NCBI GenBank assembly: GCA_965218295.1
Contig: CBDCKN010000003.1
Coordinates: forward strand, 514,391 to 578,390
Origin: Longimicrobiales bacterium
Lineage (GTDB): Bacteria > Gemmatimonadota > Gemmatimonadetes > Longimicrobiales > Gaopeijiaceae
Length of the DNA: 64,000 nt
Direction of reading: 5' to 3'
Under the pieces are notes generated by a model. The model was not told the DNA's origin and searched no databases. It saw only the letters and a program-made list of their open reading frames with translations. The translations under genes were made by a program, and so were the position numbers. Positions 30,853 through 41,104 of this stretch are shown piece after piece (the first letter of the stretch is position 1; the number at the start of each line of letters is the position of its first letter).

Positions 30853-31607
30853 CCCTGATCGTTGGGGTCAAGTGCAGGGATGGCGTAGTCATCGGCACCG
30901 ACAGTGCATTGACCCTGGGCATCTCGACGCAGGTTCATACCATCGAGCAGCCGCTAAGGAAGAAGATCGACATTATTCAGAACCGCGTAATCGTCGCCGG
31001 TACTGGGCAGTTTGGCTTGGGGCAACGATTCGTCGCGCAGGTGGATCACTATTGGGCCGCCTCGGCGAACCGAGACCTACCTGCCATCGAAATAGGGAAG
31101 CGGCTTTCAAGGGCAGCACTCGATGACTTCGCGGAGACAAGAATGCCCCCTGGGGCCTATGGTGCCCTGGTCGCCCTTCCATGCCGGAAGAGCTTCGAGC
31201 TCATTGAGTTCGCCTCGGCTGACTTCCAGCCCGAGGTGAAAACGGAAGATTACTGGTATGCTTCCATGGGAAGTGGACAGGCCGTAGCCGATCCGCTCCT
31301 AGGGTTCATGCGGTACACATTCTGGGGCGATTCGCCGCCCAGCAGGCAGGATGGGGTCTTCGCGGTCACAATGGTGTTGACGCTTGGATGCCAGATGGCA
31401 ACCCTGGGCGTCGCTCCGCCCGTTCAGATGGCGGTACTAAGAAAGGACGAGAAAGGAAAGCTGCTGGCGCGCCGAATAGGCGAGGAGGAGCTACTGGAAC
31501 ATGAGACGAATGTCGAAAGTGCGATAAAGTATTTCCGTCAATATCAGTCGATACTTCAGGAGCCCCAGGAGTCTTCCAGGGAGCTGCCACAGGCACCGGG
31601 GAAGTGA
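30849..31607 (+). CDS. Proteasome-beta-like Ntn threonine peptidase
   Basis: (M)TLIVGVKCRDGVVIGTDS gives Thr1/Asp17; KKI, AGTG and ASMGSG motifs; GTGA overlap with the upstream gene. Confidence 0.8.
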   Translation: MTLIVGVKCRDGVVIGTDSALTLGISTQVHTIEQPLRKKIDIIQNRVIVAGTGQFGLGQRFVAQVDHYWAASANRDLPAIEIGKRLSRAALDDFAETRMPPGAYGALVALPCRKSFELIEFASADFQPEVKTEDYWYASMGSGQAVADPLLGFMRYTFWGDSPPSRQDGVFAVTMVLTLGCQMATLGVAPPVQMAVLRKDEKGKLLARRIGEEELLEHETNVESAIKYFRQYQSILQEPQESSRELPQAPGK

Positions 31608-32028
31608 CGGGGGGCGGGTTCATCTGGGGTGATCCCGCCTCGCCCGCCACCGCCGATAGCCCCGTCTCGGCGATCAGGTCCCCCAACCCCTAACTGGCCG
31701 CTGGCATCCGCAACGGCGACACCTGTCGGAGTTATCAGACGATGAGCGAGAAGAAGCGGAAGCCGTACCAGAAGGGGCAGCCTGACCGACGCATGATTAT
31801 ACAGCCCGTAGCGGGTCACATGTAGGGCCGCATATTGTTGAGCCGCTAGTGCATAGCTATGCGGATTCTGCAAGAGGTACACAATCACCGACCGGTCCGT
31901 TTTGGGGTGGTGGCGTACAATGTGAAAGGAAGAAAGCACCAATGAATGAGCGGATCCCTCTCTGCCAACTTACGTGAGACACGGAGCAGCTAAGGAATTA
32001 GAGTAGGGCGAAGGCAGAGAAACCGAGG

Positions 32029-32478
32029 ATGCTGAGACACCGAGAGAGAATGAAAGAGAATGGAATAGCCCCACCAACCTGGGACGGTAAGCGAAGCGCG
32101 GCAGCTCCTGCGGACTCGGAGGTGGTAGATAGGCCGCTGCGCCGGCGGTTCGCTCCGTCGTACAAGCTGCGGATCGTCGAAGAAGCGGACCGGTGCACGG
32201 AGCCCGGAGAGGTTGGCCGACTCCTACGGCGGGAGGGCTTGTACTCGTCGCACCTGACGACATGGCGCAAGGCGGCGCATAGCGGGTCCCTGAAAGCGCT
32301 GTCGAAGAAACGAGGCCGTAAGCGCGAGCGCAATCCGCTGGAGGAGAAGGTGCGCAAGCTGGAGCGCGAGAACACTCGCCTCGAGAAGGAGCTCCAGAAG
32401 GCGCACTTGATCATCGACGTCCAGGGAAAAGTTGCAGGGCTGCTGGGATTGAGCCTCGAGGACGGGACGAACTCATGA
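32029..32478 (+). CDS. IS3 transposase OrfA
   Basis: RRRFAPSYKLRIV and LLRREGLYSSHL.TWR HTH plus coiled coil. Confidence 0.9.
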   Translation: MLRHRERMKENGIAPPTWDGKRSAAAPADSEVVDRPLRRRFAPSYKLRIVEEADRCTEPGEVGRLLRREGLYSSHLTTWRKAAHSGSLKALSKKRGRKRERNPLEEKVRKLERENTRLEKELQKAHLIIDVQGKVAGLLGLSLEDGTNS

Positions 32479-33482
32479 AGGCGACCCAGGAGCTAGCCAA
32501 GCACGTAGGGGTGAAGCCCGCGTGCGATGCGCTCAGGGTGCCGCGAGCCACGTTCTACCGTCGTCGGAGTGCATCGACCGGGCATCAGCAGCCCCGCCCG
32601 ACCCCCGCCCGGGCCTTAAGCGAGAAGGAACGAGACAAGGTCTTCGACACGCTGTGTTCGGAGCGGTTCGTGGACCGGTCCCCAGCCGAGGTGGTGGCGA
32701 CGCTGCTCGACGAGGACGTCTACCTGTGCAGCGAGCGTACGATGTATCGCGTTCTGGCTTCCCAGGTGCCGGTTCAGGAGCGTCGAGCGCAGCGGAGTCA
32801 TCCCAAATACCAGAAGCCCGAGTTGATGGCGAGGGGCCCGAACCAGGTCTGGTCCTGGGATATCACCCGGCTGCTGGGGCCGAAGAAGTGGAGTTACTTC
32901 TACCTCTACGTGATCCTGGACATCTTCAGCCGCTACGTCGTGGGATGGATGGTGGCGGATCGGGAGAACTCTGCCCTGGCCAGCCGGCTGATCCAGCAGA
33001 GTTGCTTGAAGCATGGCGTCCAGCCCCACCTCCTGACCCTGCATTCCGATCGAGGGGCTCCGATGACGAGCCAATGCACGGCTCAACTACTCGCCGATCT
33101 CGGCGTGACCCGCTCGTTGGGCCGACCCCAGGTCTCGGATGACAATCCGTTCTCCGAGGCTCAGTTCAAGACCTTGAAGTACCATCCCTCGTTTCCCGGC
33201 CGGTTCGGGGATCAGGGGCAAGCCAAGACCTTCTGTCGCTCGTTCTTCCGTTGGTATAATGCCGAGCACCGCCATGGCGGCATCTCGATGCTGACCCCCG
33301 AACAGGTCCACTTCGGTCACGCCGATCGGATCATCGCCTGCAGGAAGGCCGTGCTCCGTGAGGCATGGGCCGCTCATCCCGAGCGCTTCGTCTCCGGTGA
33401 GCCGAAGCCTAAACCACTCCCGGAGGCCGTCTGGATCAATCCTCCCACCCCATCCCTCACTACACAGGAGATTGCTCTCTAA
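32475..33482 (+). CDS. IS3 transposase OrfB (DDE)
   Basis: WSWDIT, HSDRG and DNPFSEAQFKTLKY. Confidence 0.95.
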   Translation: MKATQELAKHVGVKPACDALRVPRATFYRRRSASTGHQQPRPTPARALSEKERDKVFDTLCSERFVDRSPAEVVATLLDEDVYLCSERTMYRVLASQVPVQERRAQRSHPKYQKPELMARGPNQVWSWDITRLLGPKKWSYFYLYVILDIFSRYVVGWMVADRENSALASRLIQQSCLKHGVQPHLLTLHSDRGAPMTSQCTAQLLADLGVTRSLGRPQVSDDNPFSEAQFKTLKYHPSFPGRFGDQGQAKTFCRSFFRWYNAEHRHGGISMLTPEQVHFGHADRIIACRKAVLREAWAAHPERFVSGEPKPKPLPEAVWINPPTPSLTTQEIAL

Positions 33483-33553
33483 TTGATTTCCAAGAGTGTC
33501 TCACTGGCGTTGACAGGTTCCGGATATCATCGTCAGCAAGAAGTGATCGATCC

Positions 33554-33979
33554 ATGCGAGTAGCACTTGTCTCATGCGTCAAGTCCAAGAGTGCGGCCCC
33601 CGCAGCGGCCCGCGACCTGTACACGTCGCCATTGTTCCGCGGGCTGCGCCGGTACGCCGAGAAGAACGCAGACACCTGGTTCGTCCTTTCCGCACAACAT
33701 GGGTTGATTCCCCCAGCCCAGGTACTTGAGCCGTATGAGAGGACGCTCAATCGGCTCGGTAAGGCCGAGAGGCTACAATGGGCAACGCTGGTCCAACGAC
33801 AACTACTTGAGGTTCTGCCACTCGGGGCCGAGGTGGTCATCCTGGCCGGTGTACGCTACCGGGAAAACCTCGTTCCTTTTCTCCGCGACCGTGGTTTCTC
33901 TGTTACCATTCCGCTCGAGGGCCTCTCCTTCGGGAAACAACTTCAGCATTTGAAGATCCAAGGCCTGCTCGGGGAATGA
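33554..33979 (+). CDS. DUF6884-like protein
   Basis: LVSCVKSK...ARDLYTSPLF, VLSAQHGLI, EPYE.TL and LAG..Y. Confidence 0.8.
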   Translation: MRVALVSCVKSKSAAPAAARDLYTSPLFRGLRRYAEKNADTWFVLSAQHGLIPPAQVLEPYERTLNRLGKAERLQWATLVQRQLLEVLPLGAEVVILAGVRYRENLVPFLRDRGFSVTIPLEGLSFGKQLQHLKIQGLLGE

Positions 33980-34683
33980 CCTCAGACGTAGACCGGTTCT
34001 ACGAACTCGTTGGCATCCTGGCAACGCTGCCGGGTCAAGGTCGGCGGCTCGGTGAATACACGGGTAGATCGGCTTGGCCGGATCGCGGCGTGTACTTCTT
34101 CCGTGATCCGGGTCAACAGCGAACCGGGCACCCAGAGATGTCGCGTGTTGTCAGGGTAGGGACCCACGCCGTGAGCGCGAACGCCACGTCCAAGCTGTGG
34201 CCCCGGTTGCGGGCGCACCGTGGCGGGAAGGACGGACGAGGGAACCACCGCGGATCCGTTTTCCGGCTCCATGTGGGGTTGGCGCTGCTCCAAAGGGATG
34301 GAGGCGCCGCTGCCGTGCCAAAATGGGGTATCGGCCGATCGGCCGCGCGCGACGTGAGGAACGCGGAAGTTCCTCACGAACGCCTGGTGTCCGAGTACAT
34401 CGTGGGGTTGTCGATACTGTGGCTGGCCGTACCCGACGACCCGGGTCCACGCAGTGCACGTGCTTACGTTGAGCAGAATTCTATAGCGTTACTCTCCAAC
34501 GAGTTCAGTCCGATGGACCGGCCCAATAGCGAATGGCTGGGTGTCCACAGTTCCAAGAACGAAATCCGAATGAGCGGACTTTGGAATGTGAAACATGTGG
34601 CACGACAGTACGACACACACTTCCTCGACCGGTTCGAAGAACTAATACGGAAGATGCCGGGTTCCCCGATCCCCTATCGTTGA
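33976..34683 (+). CDS. Putative GIY-YIG-like nuclease
   Basis: RGVYFF..VVRVG, RLRAH, SVFR and conserved E/N near the C-terminus; ATGA overlap. Confidence 0.6.
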   Translation: MTSDVDRFYELVGILATLPGQGRRLGEYTGRSAWPDRGVYFFRDPGQQRTGHPEMSRVVRVGTHAVSANATSKLWPRLRAHRGGKDGRGNHRGSVFRLHVGLALLQRDGGAAAVPKWGIGRSAARDVRNAEVPHERLVSEYIVGLSILWLAVPDDPGPRSARAYVEQNSIALLSNEFSPMDRPNSEWLGVHSSKNEIRMSGLWNVKHVARQYDTHFLDRFEELIRKMPGSPIPYR

Positions 34684-34950
34684 TCGTTTGTCCTCACTCG
34701 TTCTTCGTCCCGCCCAGATCCCCTACAGCTTCCTACCTCCTGCCGCCGCGTCAGGCAGTGGCGTGAGCCCGGTAGATCTGTTTCTTCGTCGTCAGCGCCC
34801 AAGCCATGTCCGCCATCAGCCACGCGGCCGGATCGCATCCGGGCCCTGGCCTGGCCGGGATGCGCCGGGTTCCGTGACACAATTTTAACACAGGTCGGGT
34901 AGACTGGACGCGAAACGTGTCAGAGTAATGACTCAATCGGAGTAGAGTAG

Positions 34951-35175
34951 ATGACGGACACGCATCGCGTCCTTCCTCACCCAGACGGTGGCTGGCAGGT
35001 GAAGAGAGACGGGAACGACCGCGCTTCGAAGCGGACTCGGACAAAGGCCGAAGCCGAGGCGATCGGTCGGAAGACTAGCCGGAACCAGAGGACTGAGATG
35101 GCCGTCCACCGGAGGGACGGGACGATCGAGCGGCGGGATAGCCACGGGAACGACCCGGCGAGCCGGCCCGGTTGA
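34951..35175 (+). CDS. DUF2188 family protein
   Basis: GGWQVKRDG..RAS....TK.EA...GR and HRRDGTI..RDSHGNDP. Confidence 0.9.
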   Translation: MTDTHRVLPHPDGGWQVKRDGNDRASKRTRTKAEAEAIGRKTSRNQRTEMAVHRRDGTIERRDSHGNDPASRPG

Positions 35176-35176
35176 G

Positions 35177-35983
35177 GTGGAGAGCCTAGAGCCTCTGAAG
35201 GTCCTGATCTGGGCCAAGACCTACCCCGAACTATCCAAGAGGAACCGCGAGACGGTTTGCACAGGAGGGTGTCTGGACGACGGCACGCCCATCCGCCTCT
35301 ACCCGGTGCCGCTCCGGTATCTCCCAGGCACGAGCCAATACCGGCTCTACGACTGGATCTCTATCCCGCTTCGGCGCAACCCATTGGACACCCGTCCTGA
35401 GAGCTTCCGGGTCGCACGTGGAGTGATCCCGACGACGGTCGGCAGGGCAACCGCGACTCATGGCTGGGAGGCGCGGAGGGAGATCCTTTTCAAGCGACGG
35501 GATTGGTACTTTGACTGTGCCTCGGACCTACAGGCTGCTCAACAGCGCGCCGGGACCTCGCTCGGACTCGTAACCGTGCGCCACGTTGATCGAGTGAGTA
35601 TGGTAAAGAGACCGGGAAGCGATCGGGTCGAGCACGAGGCAAAGCTGGACGCCCTGAGAGCTAACCGGGACCTGTTCGGGCGGGCCGGCCGTCAGAAAGA
35701 CTTGGAGTTCCTGCCCTGGCGTTTCAAGCTCCGGTGGCGCTGCGAGGCACAGGGATGCGGTGGCCACTCGGCATCCGTCCTAGACTGGGGGCTCGGCGAG
35801 TTGGCGCGCCGCGAGGGACCGGAGAAAGCCATGGCCAAGCTCCGAGAGTTGACCGACCTGGGACGCTACGACCTGCGGCTCTTCCTTGGAAACATGAAGG
35901 CGCGGCCTCGGACGTTCAGCATCGTCGGGCTCTGGTATCCGTTGCGCTCTGAGCAAGCCCAGACTTCGCTGTTCATCGAGTGA
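35177..35983 (+). CDS. Conserved hypothetical protein (KTYP..S...ETVC family, possibly OB-fold)
   Basis: KTYPELS...ETVCTGG, IRLYPVP, D.RPESF, C....C.GH and DW motifs. Confidence 0.7.
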   Translation: MESLEPLKVLIWAKTYPELSKRNRETVCTGGCLDDGTPIRLYPVPLRYLPGTSQYRLYDWISIPLRRNPLDTRPESFRVARGVIPTTVGRATATHGWEARREILFKRRDWYFDCASDLQAAQQRAGTSLGLVTVRHVDRVSMVKRPGSDRVEHEAKLDALRANRDLFGRAGRQKDLEFLPWRFKLRWRCEAQGCGGHSASVLDWGLGELARREGPEKAMAKLRELTDLGRYDLRLFLGNMKARPRTFSIVGLWYPLRSEQAQTSLFIE

Positions 35984-36431
35984 CGAAGCGGGGCGCCCCG
36001 TCTGGATCGAGGTGCTCGACTCGTGCTTCGAGGCCGAGCGCTTCAAGAAGGATGTGGCGGTGACAGTCTTCCGGATGCCGCTCGTAGCAAAACAGGCAGC
36101 CCTTCTCGCCCTCGCGGGATAGCTCCTCGAGTATCGCCTGGAGGCGTTTCGCGATCTGAGGATGCTCGTTCAGATACGCTCGATACATCACTAGGCACTC
36201 GTCGTGAGATCGGGCGCTCTGCCGGATCCACTTTGGGTTGCCCGCGAACTGTGCGTGGAGATATCGGATCCCTCGCTCTGCAAGCGCAGCTTCCAGCGCT
36301 GCGGCTCGGTACCCAGGGACATGACTCCATGGTGTCTCTCGGACGTCGATGACGACCGACACACCGGCGCCGGCCAGTTCGGTCAGAAGGTTGTCCAGCG
36401 GTCGAAGCTGGTATCCGACTGTAGTTACCAC
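35973..36431 (-). CDS. DUF488 family protein
   Basis: TVGYQ, IDVRETPWS, GNP and CYER.PEDCHR. Confidence 0.88.
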   Translation of the reverse strand: MVTTVGYQLRPLDNLLTELAGAGVSVVIDVRETPWSHVPGYRAAALEAALAERGIRYLHAQFAGNPKWIRQSARSHDECLVMYRAYLNEHPQIAKRLQAILEELSREGEKGCLFCYERHPEDCHRHILLEALGLEARVEHLDPDGAPRFVTR

Positions 36432-36559
36432 GTGCTCCCCGATGGCTAGGGGGTAATCACGTTGTACGCCGCCAAGCTAGAACCGATTGGCGTCCCGCGC
36501 CAAGGAGAATCCTTGGGGCCCTCCACCTTATACAGTTGCGGGGAGGCATCCGTGATCGG

Positions 36560-36720
36560 ATGGGAGCAACGCGTGAGAGTAAGATAAGGTATCTGGAGCA
36601 GGGCGTGAGCCAGAGGGCCATCGCCGAGAGGCTGGGCATTAGTCGGGGGACGGTCTATCGGTGGATTAAGCGTGGGAAAATCGATCGAGAGCTCGCGGAG
36701 GCACCGGCTACGGAACGCGG
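36560..36720 (+). pseudogene. HTH fragment, probably IS21 IstA N-terminus
   Basis: YLEQGVSQRAIAERLGISRGTVYRWI. Confidence 0.5.
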
Positions 36721-36839
36721 CCGCCCAGGCCCAAGAGGCTCAATCCCTACCACCTCCTCTTTTCGCCCCGCGCTCCAACGCTCGGACACCTCCACCGCTC
36801 CTCCACGACCTTTGGTCGCTTTCGACTCCCTCGGCTTGG

Positions 36840-36989
36840 GACACATCACACACCCCTTTCTCGATCGAGGCGGCCTTGGCACACGTGGTCCGGAACAAGG
36901 TCGAGGCTGCCTACTCGCGCACGGACCTGTTCATGAGTCGGCACCGGCTCATGAACGACTGGGCGGCGTATCTGGCGGGCGAGGCCTGA
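36840..36989 (+). pseudogene. P4-like integrase C-terminal remnant
   Basis: IEAALAHVVRNKVEAAYSRTDLF...RLMNDWAAYL, nearly the same as the 41280 integrase tail. Confidence 0.85.
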
Positions 36990-37149
36990 GAACCCTTCGG
37001 CCGGTGCTTCAAGCGGCGCTCCGGGAGCAGCTTCGAGGGCGTCTGCTGGCACGGCTTGGTGCGCCTTTCGTAGTGAGAGCCAGCCCACGTATGTGGACAT
37101 TGCGCTCTGGCGAGGGGATGCTGCGCTCCCCTTCGAACCCCCGGCTTGC

Positions 37150-37510
37150 CGCGCCGGCACTGGCCATCGAGCGCGAGCGTATCCGCGAGATCGCGCGCAT
37201 CGGCAACAACCTGAACCAGCTCGCGCGCTGGGCGAACACCCACAAGACGGAGGCCGAGGCCGTCGCAGTGATCGCCAATCTCGTGTCGTTCGAGCGGTCG
37301 CTACTCGCCGTCGCCCGCTTCGACGGAGACGGGGCAGCCGCGCGCGGGCGTGGCGGTTCTCCGGGGGGATCCCCATCGGGTGGCCGCCGTCGCCGACTCG
37401 CTGGAGTTCGAGCACAAGTACACGTCGGGCGTGATTGCCTGGGCACCGGACGACACTCCGACCGACGCGCAGATCGGCGCGGTTCTGGATGCCTTTGAAC
37501 AGACGGCCTG
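37150..37510 (+). pseudogene. MobC fragment followed by a relaxase N-terminal fragment
   Basis: EIARIGNNLNQLARWAN (MobC); LRGDP..VADSLEFEHKYTSGVIAWAP (MbeA-like relaxase). Confidence 0.75.
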
Positions 37511-37877
37511 ACCGTTACGCTTTAGCGCCCCTGACTTTCCTGGACAGTAGATTGGTAAGGAAGCGGATGCGCATGCGTAGTCAGATCCGAAGGGTCCATT
37601 GGGCGATTAACGCTAAATGACGGTCTGCCCACTCGCGTGCTTTACGAATGAGATCCCTCAGTAAGCTCTCGACGAGATCATAGCTGCTACGGTGGTACAG
37701 TCCATCCACGTGCAGGCCGTCCCACTCATGCGCGAAGCCATGGCCTGGATTACGCCTGCCGCTGAACTTGGACTCTCTTCCAACCTGATTCGGGTTAGCC
37801 GATGCGGGGCGGTTCAGGGAGACGCTTCGGCTGCATTGTCGGATCGGAACGATCAGGGATCTGCCGTAGGCTCCCTA

Positions 37878-38010
37878 CTCACGTAGGCGGTCCAGTCGTT
37901 CATGAGCCGGCGCCGACGCTCGAACAGGTCCGTTCACCTGTAGGCCGCCTCGACCGTTCCGGACCACCTGTGCGAGTGCCGCCTCTATGACCTCGCGGGG
38001 ATGATCCACG
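37878..38010 (-). pseudogene. P4-like integrase C-terminal remnant
   Basis: DHPREVIEAALAQVVRN...DLFERRRRLMNDW. Confidence 0.8.
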
Positions 38011-38047
38011 AGGACGAGCGTCACCAGCCTCATCATCGCGCTGACAA

Positions 38048-38306
38048 CCTTCCCGTAGGGATCCATGGCTGGGAGCGACCCCCCGGCGGAGGGTGGCATG
38101 GGTGTGCACATGCCAGCCCTCCCCGATGCCGATCAAGGCATCCCCAAAGGGGGGGTCGCTCCCATCTACGGCCGAAAGCTCCAGAGCGGCGTCTCCGCTC
38201 CGACGGCCGTGCCACAACTGTAAGACAGGCAGCCGTATACGGAAGCGCTGGCGCGCACATGGAATTGGCGTTTCGGTGCACATGCACCCCGTTGTCTGAT
38301 GTGCAC
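38048..38306 (+). repeat. Structured element copy 3 plus three G(T/C)GCAC boxes
   Basis: Stem 38071-38163; boxes at 38253, 38276 and 38301; close inverted paralog of 45765-46026. Confidence 0.85.
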
Positions 38307-38537
38307 TCGCCGATCAGCACCCACCCGAGCCGATCCGCGTTCATGACCAGCCTCCGGGGAGCCGGTTCGAGCGCCATGTCGCGAACCCGTGGATCACCCG
38401 CCTGACGGATGGCCTGCCCGATCCGGGCGGTCTCGCGGCGGGCCGCTTGGTTGGATGAGCCGGACGGGTCGGATGCTCGGGCTCCAGGGCCCACTAGAGG
38501 GTGCCTACCCAGGATCGGGGCGGGGGGGCGGGGGTGG

Positions 38538-39260
38538 TCAGTCGAAGACGTGGACCCCTAGAGAGAAAAACACAACGCCGTCCGCCGCGTACCTGTAGTC
38601 GAGCCGCACCCCCTCATCGACGACTATCCAGTCGGTGAGAGAGCGCGAGTAGCGGACCCGGAAGTCCAGCGGCCACTTCAGGTGCAGCGTCGTCCCCGCG
38701 CCGATCGCCCACGGCCATCTTGCGAGGCGCTCGCGGTCTTCACTGGCCGTTCCGGTCTCGGGATTCGTCGCTCCGGAAGCGAACTCGGTCCACATTCGAC
38801 GGATTCCACCGAAGACGTAGACCTGCGAGCGGCCGTCCCGTAGCCCGCGCCCGAAGAGGATGTTGCCACCCGCCCCGTACAGGTCGCTGAAGTCCCACTG
38901 GCCGGGCCAGACATCGTGAACGTTCCCGTTCGGAGTCGGAGAAATCGTGCCCTCAAGCTTGCGTCGGCTGGAGACGGCACTTTCGACCTCGCCGCCCACG
39001 AGCCAGCTCCCCGGGAGCTCCAAGAGTAGTCCGACCGAGAGGTTGCCCGCGAGGGCGAGGCCCGAAGAGGACGATGTGCTTGAACTCGATCCCCCCTGGA
39101 TGGTTACTTCCTTGGTGTGTTCGACCGTAATCCGGCCTACCTCGGGAGCCAGGCGCACAAAGAAGACGGACTGCGCGTGGGCTTCGCCTGCCCCAATGCA
39201 CAGGCTGGCAACCGCCAGCAAGCCAATCAACGCCCCTAGTCCACGCTCGTGAGTTTCCAA
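38538..39260 (-). CDS. Outer-membrane beta-barrel protein
   Basis: Signal peptide ending AHA-Q, amphipathic beta strands, aromatic C-terminus. Confidence 0.6.
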   Translation of the reverse strand: METHERGLGALIGLLAVASLCIGAGEAHAQSVFFVRLAPEVGRITVEHTKEVTIQGGSSSSTSSSSGLALAGNLSVGLLLELPGSWLVGGEVESAVSSRRKLEGTISPTPNGNVHDVWPGQWDFSDLYGAGGNILFGRGLRDGRSQVYVFGGIRRMWTEFASGATNPETGTASEDRERLARWPWAIGAGTTLHLKWPLDFRVRYSRSLTDWIVVDEGVRLDYRYAADGVVFFSLGVHVFD

Positions 39261-39765
39261 GATGCTTCGACTCTATTTCCAGTGAACCATGATTGATCGA
39301 GAAACCGAGTGGCCATCCTAACGTACTGTCGGTGCCAGGAGCCATTGGGAAGACAATCCTCAGTTCGATGAACCTGTCCGTCAAGCTGGATTCCTGCCGT
39401 TTCGAGTTCACCCGGCGCTCGATGCTGACATCTAGGGTCGACGCGGCCGGGACGACGCTTGCCGCCCTTCCGCAGCGAACGCTAGATGGACCATGCGGTT
39501 CGTCCACGCAGTGTTACCGCGGCGGACGGGATCGTGGGAGAGAAGGGCGTATCGGACGGTGAGTCTGGACATAGCCTGCTCCGCATGATGACCGGGTGCT
39601 ACGGGTTCCACCTAGAACAGCTCGGCCTCCGGGTCTAGAGTCTCGCCGGCCAGGTAGGCCGCCCAGTCCGCTATAGCATAGATCATAACGCTATGTTACA
39701 TCACATCTTATGACTTCAGATGATCTTCGTCTATCACCCCTGCAATCACCCTTTCCGCTCAACAG

Positions 39766-40010
39766 GTGCGCGTGCGCGACAGCGGCTCCCGCTCGTGGGC
39801 CCAGCGACTCATGGTACACGGCCGGCGCGTCGACATCGGCCTCGGCAACGCGGAGCTGGTGAGTCTGGCGGACGCGCGCCGCGCGCGAACGATCTCGTTC
39901 GCTCAAGCCGAGCCGCGGGCGCTGGCGGAGAAGGCGGAGACCTGGCGAGCCGGCGCCGACTCGAAGTCGCTACGCGACTGGCGCTCGACCATGGCGGCCT
40001 ACGTGCTGCC
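39766..40010 (+). pseudogene. P4-like integrase N-terminal (Arm DNA-binding) remnant
   Basis: SGSRSWAQRLMVHGRRVDIGLGNAELVSLADAR. Confidence 0.75.
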
Positions 40011-40126
40011 CGCAGCAGTCGGGGCAACGGATTCGGTGAGACCCGGATCCGGGCCCGACCCGTTTCTACAACGATGCAGGATTCATCCATCCACAACTCA
40101 CCACGAATCAACTCAGGAGAACCCGC

Positions 40127-40648
40127 ATGAAACTCGTTTCCACAGCCGCAGCCGTCCTGTTGCTCGTCCTCGCCGCGTCCGCTCCAGCCCATGCGCAGTT
40201 GACGGGCTCCCTCAACGGCCTCCACGACATCACCGTGACCAACCTGAAGGCGACGGCGGATAAGGTGCCGGCCGACCTCTACGACTTCCGGCCCACGGAC
40301 GAAGTGCGCACCCTCGGGCAGATTCTGGCTCACGTGGCCAACTCCCAGTACGCCTTCTGTTCGGCCGCTTCCGGCCAGGACAACCCGATGTCGGAGAACC
40401 TGGAAGAGACCGCCACCACCAAGGCCCAAATCACCGCCGCTCTCGCCGACGCGTTCGCCTACTGCGACGCCGTGTACGCCTCCATGACCGATGAGCAGGC
40501 GGCGATGACAGTCAGCTTCTTCGGCGGCGACATGGCTGTCGGTGGCGTGCTCGCGTTCAATTCGATGCACAACTACGAGCACTACGGGAACCTGGTCACC
40601 TACATGCGCATCAACGGGATCGTGCCGCCCTCGTCGGCGGGGAACTGA
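40127..40648 (+). CDS. Exported DinB family protein
   Basis: Signal peptide; FRPT.EVRT.GQILAHVA and HNYEHYGNLVTYMR..GIVPPS; AGGAG RBS. Confidence 0.88.
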   Translation: MKLVSTAAAVLLLVLAASAPAHAQLTGSLNGLHDITVTNLKATADKVPADLYDFRPTDEVRTLGQILAHVANSQYAFCSAASGQDNPMSENLEETATTKAQITAALADAFAYCDAVYASMTDEQAAMTVSFFGGDMAVGGVLAFNSMHNYEHYGNLVTYMRINGIVPPSSAGN

Positions 40649-41104
40649 GGGTCTACGGCCCAAACGCCCCCAGGGGGATCACGCTCACCCCGTCCGGACG
40701 AATGTGACACGGGCTAGCACAAAGGCTAAACGGTGTCAACGGCTTGACGTTGCCCCAGGATGCTGGTGGCCTCTCGCCGCTTGAAGGCTGTATCAGAGAA
40801 TCATCATCGTGGGACCGCCTCCTCGGAAGATACGACGTTGAGACGCAAGATCGCCGTAAGTAGCTGCCAATCCTGCCCGTCCCCCTGGGCATCTGGAATC
40901 CTCCCTTCTGCGGGACCTCGGAGTCGCCCGGTACTCCGTTCAGGTTCCCGCTAGAACACAGCTACCCCGGCCAACCGACCGCCGCACCAGATCCGACAGA
41001 GTCAACCCTGCGGAGCGTGCCTTGGCGTGCCACGCGGCGCGCTCCACCTCGCTGGCGCGGATCTGCACCCACACGTCGCGTCCAGCGCCCATGATGTGCC
41101 GTTG

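Larger units (their letters stand above)
31956..33521 (+). mobile_element. IS3-family element, copy A
   Basis: orfA/orfB, IRs TGCCAAC..GTGAGACAC, 4-bp TSD GGAT. Confidence 0.92.

Noticed and set aside
30849..31607. Naming the peptidase hslV or prcB
   Set aside because: No hslU, prcA or pup context, and the sequence is divergent; only the Ntn fold is supported
36536..37498. 320-aa ORF as a real HTH-MobC fusion
   Set aside because: Chance in-frame join of IS21, integrase-derived and mobC debris
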